A stretch of DNA of 64,000 nucleotides from Blasia pusilla (Eukaryota): positions 20,336,001 to 20,400,000 of the forward strand of contig CM114271.1 of NCBI GenBank assembly GCA_050084515.1, in the 5' to 3' direction. Each line of letters starts with the position of its first letter. The first letter of the stretch is position 1. Shown here in pieces: positions 55,157-64,000 of the stretch. The notes under the pieces were generated by a model. It saw only the letters and a program-made list of their open reading frames with translations. It made no database searches and was not told where the DNA came from. Made by a program: the position numbers and the translations under genes.

Positions 55157-58100
55157 GGCCGTGGGTACCCGATCGACATGTCCATGGACATATCCATCCA
55201 GACTTTTTCGTTTACGTAATAGTTTCTAAGATTTGTATGGGAGTTGAAAGACATACAATTACCATGTTGAGCATATTATGTGGGTAAGAAAAAGCCCATA
55301 GCCTCATATGCCGCTTGAATTATCTTTGCAGTTTTATGCTCCTACTTTTTTGGGGTATACTTCAAATTTTACCACTTAATGGCACGTGTGTGACTATTTT
55401 ATGGGTAAGTTTCCACACATCAAATGGAAATACATGAATTAAGCCGGAGATAAATATGAATTATGATTGATAGCATCATTTAAAGTCATTGAAGAATTAA
55501 ATAAGAATTAAATTAGTGAATTCCAAATTAATCTACAATCAAAAGTCGATATTCATGTTTAATTCGGATGTATTGAAGCACCAAATATTCGTGGATTAAA
55601 TGTGATATATGAAAGAATATACCATAAGGATCAAATTTTAGAGGAAAAAGTACACAAAATGATAACACTATTTCAAGAATATGTAAAAAGATATATGTCG
55701 AACTCAATATCTTTAAAAAAAACATTTATGATCCTTTTTATTTTTAAAATATTTTAAATTTTCATGAGAATAAAATTCCTATCACTTCCTAAGAATAATT
55801 CTTTAAATATCTTCTAAAAATATGAAAAAAACAATAGCGATCACTTTCTATGTAATTTTTTGGAGAGTAGTACGTAATGCAACCACAAATATCGATATTA
55901 TTGGTCTAAAAATATTAATGCTCTAATCAATTTGAGTATCATATGACGTATCACTCTATTTATGGCTCTTAATAAGAGCCCCAAATATATTTAGAGTTCT
56001 CTCCTTGCTCTATTTCCAACACCCAAACATAAAATAGTTTCATAGAAAGTAGTGCCATATGTTATACCAAACTCCCTCACTATTTGATTTTCTTGTCTTG
56101 CCACCCCACTTGTGGAACCATACTAGTTAGATGATGAGTAATAAGTTCAATCATTCTTGGAATCTATGGTACCTTTGCCATATGTCTCTATTCCTATTTA
56201 TTTCCTACATTTTTTGCCAATTATATCATGGTACTTTGCACTTAATTTAGACTTTAATTTTTTTCTGAAAATTGATAAGTTCCCTCATTCTTCTCACATT
56301 CCAATGAATAATTTTTATGAATCTTATGGTTCATTTAAAATTATTAAAATTTTGAATTAATTTTTAAATATAAAAAGTGTAATATATTTGATTATTGGAT
56401 ATAAATTTTCACCCGAAAAATTTCTATGATCAATCACACTTACATTGACTGAATCATTATACAAAAATTTCCCTTGGAATTTGGATGAGATCTAAAACAT
56501 TACCATTAAAGTGGGCAAGTTTCAAATCGTTAATTGATTATTGTTTTTAGTCACCTTGATTTAAAGTACATTTTTTTCTAGTTTCATACTTATTTTTTCT
56601 AGACTAGCAAGAGTTGATACTCCCTCCAAACAACCGAATGCAACAAGTTTGTCACAAGTGACAAGAGCAACACACATGGGCGTAAGAGCCATCCATGGTA
56701 CATATCTTGGGATCAAGGGTTCCTCCATTTCACCATTTGTGAGTGGCGATATGGACAAGAAAGATAGGCAAGCTCAAAATCCAGTTCCAAGCAATGGGGG
56801 TGTGGCCGGGAAAACCTGCAATTCAAAAAGGGATAAGACCAACCATGAGACATTGAGACTTGGCATACATGAAACATATGGAGAATTGGGAGAGTAAATG
56901 TAGATAAGATTAGTCATGATCGGAGAGTGATGAACCACAATAAATATGCATGATGGAAAACCCATTAGAAAAAATTAGTCATGATTAAAACTCATCTAGA
57001 GGTCACAATGAGTCTTAAGGAGTCTCATGCCATAACTTGAAGGAATTACCATCAGAGACTTATGTATGACTTGAGGGCGACAACTTTTGTATTTGAGGTT
57101 GTGAGCTTGGGTGCCCTTGGGGAGCATTTTTATGGATTAGCCTCCACACTCTAGAATGGGTGAGAACATAGATGAGATTCATTGTGGGCGGGGGAAGGGC
57201 GGTTTCATGGTAGGAACATGGCTCCCTAAGCAAGTGGGTTATGCAACAAGGGAGATTTGGATCACTAGATCCCTCCACCCAAATATTAATTCATATACTT
57301 GATCTTATGAAACATGCAACTCATTTTCTTTCAGAGATCCAACCCATATCTTCCACTTTGCAAGTATCCAAGTGGGAGCCTCTTCCTAGAACAAAAAAGA
57401 GAATAGATCTCAATCTTGACAATGTGGTATTAGAGTCAGTTAGTGCAAATCATCAAATAGGCCTGTCCCATAATGCCACCGCATATGGTGGGAATTTTTT
57501 TTAAAGCGATTAGTATGGTAAAGGATGGAAATAAGCCTTTAGGGGACCTCAACATCCTCATTGATGACATGTTAACAACCTTATGTATAATTTAATTTTT
57601 GGGAAAGCTAACATTACATGACTGTATAAGATAGGGTGATATAGACATAATTTCATTTCTTGGAAGCAATATGGTGTTAGGGATTATTTTGTATGATTAT
57701 CTTTAGTAGTAACTCGTTTGTACCCTAAAATTTTGATCACGATTAAGTTGAAGATTTGATAGGGGATTTTCAAGAAAAACTTATGGAATATTCGAGTTTT
57801 CACTTTCCACATAGGTTGAAAATTAGATTTCATTATAACGATGGCCCAAGGATGTACAATAGAAAATTCAAGATGGAATCTTTGTGAATTTTTTTAAAAA
57901 AATTTACCAAATATTAGGTTTATGCAAAACATTTCTTTTGATATCATAATCGTACCTTTAGGGGCCTGAATTGTTGGTATTACCCTCACATATATATATT
58001 GCGATGTTGTATGTTTTTGCAAGGTATGTGATTTTTGATGAGACCTTCTTAGTTCACTTTTCAATTGATTTTGGAGAGTAGATAGTTTTCTTAAAAATTG

Positions 58101-58360
58101 GAGAGATTTGTGGTTTTTTTTGGGGGGGGGGGGGGAATAGATGTTTGTGGGATTTATCAAAGGGATTTTCACTCACCTCTACTTAGAAAATTTCTACATA
58201 AACCAACATAGAGTGGAATCTTATCATGCAAGGTTTTTGTCGTGCTATGCACATACCAGATCATATAAAGTTGTAGATTAGAAATCTAGGTTATATACCT
58301 TAGATTTAATTGTTGGCTGTGTTGGGATTTGGTTCAATGAGATAGAAACGAGATTCAATG

Positions 58361-59022
58361 TGTCATGCACATACACAACATACATTGTTGACATGTTATC
58401 ACTGACTAAAAAAAAAATAGACAAGATACCATACTAACTCATGGCTTCTAAACATTGAGACCATTGTGCACCAAAATATCTCCATTCAAAAAAGTCAGGA
58501 AGTTAGGAGCTCATGCTCTCTTTGTAAATCAAGATCACTCAAAACTCTGTCACAAAATCCATCTCTTTTTCTCATGTCAAACCAAACCCATTGTCCTAAT
58601 GAGAGGCTTGGATCAATCACAAGGAAAACAAGACCGTTGCTCCGCCACCTCATGCCAAGAGGTTTAACAAAGAGAGAATGAGTTCCAAAACTCCCTCTTT
58701 TTGGGTATACTCCTTTCCCTCTCCAAAGCTCTCTCCATAATAAACTATGCTCATAGGTCAACTCTTTGGCTCTTTACGCGTTGTTGAGGGTCAAGTGGAC
58801 TTCATATTTTGGGTACATTTATATTTGGCTCTCCTAATATAAATTTACCCAAAATATGAAGTTTCTATATATAGCTCCAAATGAGCCAAAACGAAGAGGA
58901 AACCTACTCTCTTGGATTACCCAAGGTCTCAACAAAGTCATCCTCTATCTCTTAAGCATGTCCTTCAATCTCCTCAAAGGTGCTTTATGGAAACTTGTTG
59001 ATCCATCCTAAAAGATGTGACA
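58361..59022 (-). mobile_element. Solo LTR of the DNMT/PHD-Gypsy family (diverged)
   Basis: TGTCA...TGACA termini; contains segments A and B homologous to 4819-5463. No clear TSD. Confidence 0.85.
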
Positions 59023-60049
59023 GTGCGACATCCATTCAAGGATTCGAGAGAAGTGTTGTAATGGTGAGAGTAGTACTTCTTCATTATGTATTAAGATTTT
59101 TTTTGAACTTAAAAGTGGAGTATTTAGATAGAGTGGAGCAAAAGATTGGGAGTTCTTCCAAGAGGAATTGTCTCAATTCATATTTATGTCAACCACACAT
59201 GGGGAAGAGACTTCACAAAGTTAGTTGACTCTCATGCCATTTTCTAGAATCAAGATTAAGGGGTTTTCTTGCACCTCAAAGGCTCACCAATAGATGATCT
59301 TTGCAATGTCTCCAACATGTATGATGCACAGATCGATGCATGGAGTCCAGTATGATCTTTTCCCTCATATTTGTTATTCACTAACTAGGTGGTATAAGAT
59401 ATGGAGAATTCACTAGAGGCCACTTTAATAGAAAAAAATAGGATGCATAAAGGCGTTGTCTAGCTAGTGGCATTTGCAATAACCACATGTTGTTGCTCAA
59501 GGTTCAAACCCATTATGGGTTTCTTTGATAAGTTACTAAGGGTCCATTAAAGGATTCATATAAACCAATAAGTTGCACAATATCAACAACTTTCACCAAT
59601 TTGAAACCACTAAAAATATTCTTTCTGAGGCATATACATGCTTACAAAGATTAAACTGTATCAATCACTCCAGGAGTGATTGAGGCCACGACGGTTCAAG
59701 CATAGTACAAATTGTTGGATTTTTATTCGCGGAGGAGGATGAAAGGTGCAACTCTCAACCTTATCTATATTGAGAAGTGCATCTGTCCATAATTGATTAC
59801 ATGGTGGCACTCTACAAGTGAGTTATATCCTTATTTCTACTTCGATAGTAGGTAGCAAAGTTGCATTGTTACCAATTCCATTAGGAACTGATAGAGCGTA
59901 ACTTGGTAGAGGAGAGTACCATCCTTTTCCCTAAGCCTTAAGCCACCCAAGAGTCGTGTCTACCGATTGTAGGTTGAGCATGTCACGTGCACCGTTCTAG
60001 GGCTTCTAGGTGCACTTCTTCTTAAGGTCCCCTAAACAAAGATACATTA

Positions 60050-61208
60050 TTTGACTAAACCTTAGCCCTTTTTTCTTTCACTTTCATAATGCATAACTCA
60101 AAAGGATGAGCTTCACATCCTCACTCTCTTTCCCCAAAACATCAAGAAACTTTTCCTTGAGGGGAACCTCAACCTCAAGAACACAGGGAAAAAAAAAACT
60201 TCAATTATCCACTTACACATGGAAATACAAATTTTAAACCCTAAATAAGGTCTTTCATTTTTGGTATGAGCCTAGAAGCCCAAATGTCGATCTGAACCGT
60301 TGGATTTTTTAAAGATTTAATTCCAAGGCTTGTGCCAAATTTCAACACCATCCAATAGTTGGAAGAAACGATACTTCCTTGTCAACATGAAAATGACATA
60401 ACAACTTAGCACAATCCAACTCAAAGCCCTCCTTATTGACCCCTCATTTTCTCCCCTCCACCCTCAACCAAGTTTCCAAAAATCATTAAACTTTCCCCAA
60501 AGGTGCACCCCAACCCAAAAAACACAAGGAAAAAAAAATTCAAACGACCATTTACACATGGAAATAAAAATCATAAACCCTAAATAAGCTCCTCCATTTT
60601 TGGTATGAGTCTAGGAGCCTATGGGGTAGATTGATCGGAACTATTGAAGTTTTGGAGGGGTCTAATTTAAATACTGGAGCCAATTTTGATCACCATCCAA
60701 TGGTTGGAAGAAAAGATACGTCCATATTAACATGAAAATGACACAACAACTTAGAACAATCCTACTCAAATCCCTCCTCTTCCTTCTTGACCCCTCTTTT
60801 TCTACCCTCCCCCCCCCAACCAAGGTCCAAAAATGGCAAATCTGAACAGTTGGAGTTTGCAAGGGGTTTCATTCTAAGGCTTCATCCAAGTTTCAACATC
60901 ATCCAATAGTGTTGAAACTTAGGGTAAGAAATTATATCCCAAAAGGAATGAAAAACACGGTAAGATTGGAGCATGAAATCATTTAAACACATTAGTCATT
61001 TTTTATGACTCAATATTACTAGGTAAGTGCAACAAGTATGACTCGGTCTGAGTAAGGGGTATTGATAACTATTTTAGTCATAAGTAGATGACTAGATAAA
61101 TAGTAGGACCATAAATTTAATGACTAAAGCATTTAAGTTATTATTTGAGTAATTCTTTTGGTGGGTCATTTAAATTTTAGTCATAAAAACCACACATTTC
61201 TTCTAGTG
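60050..61208. mobile_element. Right end of a second CACTA copy of the same family
   Basis: Two to three ~355-bp units, then subterminal repeats and the TIR atttcttctagtg ending at 61208, matching 20900-21151. Left end not found. Confidence 0.85.
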
Positions 61209-61239
61209 AATATATTGATTTTGATCAAGATATAAAGGC

Positions 61240-62200
61240 ACCACAAGGGGTAGCTACAACTTAGGCATATCAATGTGTATCTTGAGGGTAGGTTTATGAT
61301 ACCTAGGGCACAAAGAGGCCATGAAGAGCCAGTGTAGCTGAAATCCATCTCGTCATATGCAAGTTAGCACCTATTGGGATTCACTTGTTGGTCATGTGAA
61401 GGATCACATTGCAAGGGAGAGTGCCACCTAGACATGATGGTCCTCAGCTAGAAGTTTGACTTCTATTGTGACCACTTCCAACATTATGGTCATGTATACT
61501 CCGGAAAGGTGATCCATCTTGTACCCCGAGCTACATTAGGAGAGTGTACTTAAGTGAGTTAAAGAACTAGATGGAGCTAGAGGGTAAGGTGCATGTGGTC
61601 TTGTTACTTATGGTGACAATTTTTCTTGAACAAGAGGTAGAGGTCCATCACCTAGAAAAATTGAAAGAGATCCTAGTCATGACATCAAGATCCTAGAGAG
61701 ATCCTAAAGAGAGTCAGTTCATCAATAGATTGTAGTAATAGCTCTCTTTAATTTCATGATGTCGGATGAGTGGCACCTAGATTATACGGTATTGGAAAAG
61801 ATCAAGAAGATGTTGGATGGATGTGTGGGGCTTTGAAGATGAAGGCAACCGTTGTTGTTACTACAAAAGTCCTCATAGAGTTGGACTTGCAAAAAGGGGA
61901 AGCTGGCAGATACAATAGACTATACTCCCCCAATCATGAACCTTGGCTAAGGCAATGAGGATCCCAATTGGACCTCAATTGGATAGGGCAATAAGAGTTA
62001 GCATGTAGACACAATGTAAAAGGGAGAGGCAAATAGATCAATATCCCATGGTAGAGGATAAGAGGAGATTATGTCAAGTACAATCTTGGGGGAAATTTGG
62101 GGCATCTACAACCAACTATATGACACCCTTTTTTTCAAGTACAAACTTTATAACATTGGGAGTTAGGATTGCAAGGTATTTTAACTAGTCGCTATGCTAT
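61240..62200 (+). pseudogene. Old degenerate gag remnant related to the DNMT-Gypsy family
   Basis: CWSCEGSHCKGEC-like knuckle at ~61386; ORF 61770-61958 (YGIGKDQEDVGWMC...ATVVVT) resembles 26892-27074 (YGAARDMEDRGWMC...AAVVVT). Confidence 0.6.
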
Positions 62201-62249
62201 GTGAATATAAGGGTGGTTTTACAACCTCAAACAAGTAAGGTTAAGTAAA

Positions 62250-62830
62250 CAAGGTTGCATCCAAACGAACATGTCCACGGACATGCCAAACTAGTCTCCA
62301 CCCATTTTTTTGGCACCCAGGTCACCCACGCAAGTTCTAGCAGCGGGAATAAGTGCGGGTTGGGATGAAGGGTGCGAGTTGCAGCCGGGCTGTGGGCAAA
62401 ATGCCCAATGTAGGCCTAACACGATCGCCCTCGTCAACTTGACGCAAGCTTGAAGGCTTGGGTCATACGGGTTGTTAGGCGGGCCTTGTGCAGGCGTGGT
62501 GAGCGGGCAACGGCCCCTGAGCTCGTGCACGGGCTCGATGCAGGCTTGGCGTGGTCTTGCAAGTGGGCATAGCATTAATGTAGGTTGGGTGTGGGCCTAG
62601 GATTGGAACACGCGGGCGGCTTGGGGCCAAGGATTGAACTCATTGGAGGATTCAGCCTTAGGATGAGAACATTTGATCTTGGTACAGGTTATGCGGATTG
62701 AGGCTCGGAAATATTGATAAGTAACGGGCTGACGCGGGCCCCGTAAGCTTGAATGCAGGCTTAAGCGCGGACCTTATGCGGGAAAAAGCATGATTCGTGT
62801 ATGGGATGGCATGCGGATAGGGGAGGATTC
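62250..62830. mobile_element. hAT-type MITE/terminal fragment
   Basis: Begins caaggttgcat followed by atgtccacggacatgcc and a GC-rich interior; right TIR not found. Confidence 0.45.
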
Positions 62831-63582
62831 TGGTTACTATTGAAGGCACCTGAGTGGTGGAGAAGAACGAAGACGATTAAAATATAGTTGAATAGGTTGG
62901 TTATATTAGAGAATAGGTTAGTTGTAAATGAAAGTGGTTAAAGAAGTGGAAATACTAGGTGGAGAGGGGAGAGAATATTAAAATACAACAAAATAGGATG
63001 GTTGTATTAGAAAATAGGTTAGTTGCAAATTAAAGTGGTTAAAGAGGTTAAGATGGTTGAAAAAGGATTGGGATTAGAAGAACATAATAGGATTTGCTAA
63101 ATGGAGATAAGTGGAAATGGTTTAGGAATAAATAGTGAGTAGGGGTAGATGAGGAAAAAGAATGAAGGGTTCATTCCCTTCCTTCCATCCTCCCTTATAT
63201 AAACTTGTTCATTTTTTTTGTACCCTTACAATGTCACCCCTCCCTTCTTGTCTCCCTCCCTCTACTCTTTTGTGGAAGGTTGTTTTCTCCATAGATAGGT
63301 GAACTTGATAAGTAAGAATGTATTTTGCCACTAGATAACCTTGATAATTGAAGGAATCTGGGTTATCTCGGTGAGTATATTGATCTTTCTTGTTCATAGC
63401 GAATATTCCAAGATTGTTATTGGAGCATTTTCAGACAATATTTGGTATAATTCCAATGTATTTCACCAATCGATATATCATTTTATTGATAGTGTAATTT
63501 TTTTAAAATTATCCAAATATTTTTTGGATGAGGTTAGTATCTGTATGTAGTCATGACCAAAGCCAGAGAACTCCAATAGATC

Positions 63583-64000
63583 TTGAAAGAACATTGGGAA
63601 GAAGTAAAGTTTAACATGGAAGGTGGAACATCAAACAAATGGCAATGTAAGTATTTTTCCTATTCTATGAAAATCTATCATAGGGATTCTTTCAACATCC
63701 AAGTAATAGAAGTTACAAATGACACGTGGACGAAGTGTTTCTATAAATATGGAATATCATTCAACATAGTACGGCAAGATGTTTTCAAGCAAGAAGTGTT
63801 CAAAACAACAAAGGTGAAGGGTTACTCAAGTCTTTGTTGCGCACCACTCTACTTGAGAAACATATGGGGAAGATGAAGGAAAAGGTAGATGGCAGATTGG
63901 ATAATCGAGTCAGTAGACACAAAGGGGGAATCCCAAACAAATGAATGGTTGGAAAGTCACATAGAGAGGACTATCATGCCCATAGGTCCAAAGAATATGT
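63583..64000 (+). pseudogene. Degenerate hAT-like transposase fragment (BED finger / DUF659-like region), runs off the window
   Basis: HW...KWQCKY and WTKCFYKYGISFNIV...F resemble plant hAT N-terminal motifs. Confidence 0.4.

Overview
Eukaryotic, intron-containing, transposon-dense DNA, most likely from a land plant (inferred from a spliced neprosin-family gene, a plant-type GMP synthase fragment, and CACTA, hAT and Ty3/Gypsy elements). The main finding is a minus-strand Ty3/Gypsy LTR retrotransposon family with the domain order Gag(2xCCHC)-aspartic protease-C5 cytosine DNA methyltransferase (DNMT3-like, motifs I/IV/VI/VIII/IX/X)-RT-RNase H-DDE integrase-PHD finger, so it carries both a methylation writer and a histone reader. 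Two diverged, disrupted copies are fused in tandem (4819-30717). Its 3' terminal repeat has an odd A-B-A layout, and a solo LTR and an old gag remnant of the family lie at 58-62 kb. Copy 1 is split by a nested stack: a solo LTR (4-bp TSD) containing a 9.9-kb CACTA element (3-bp TSD), which carries a captured, pseudogenised GMP synthase fragment and a ~355-bp tandem array. The only apparently intact host gene is a 7-exon neprosin-family peptidase (35138-41276, minus). Also present: a decayed hAT element with an internal 104-bp-arm hairpin, hAT-type MITEs, a chromovirus 3' remnant and microsatellites. All calls come from reading the sequence by eye; no searches were run.
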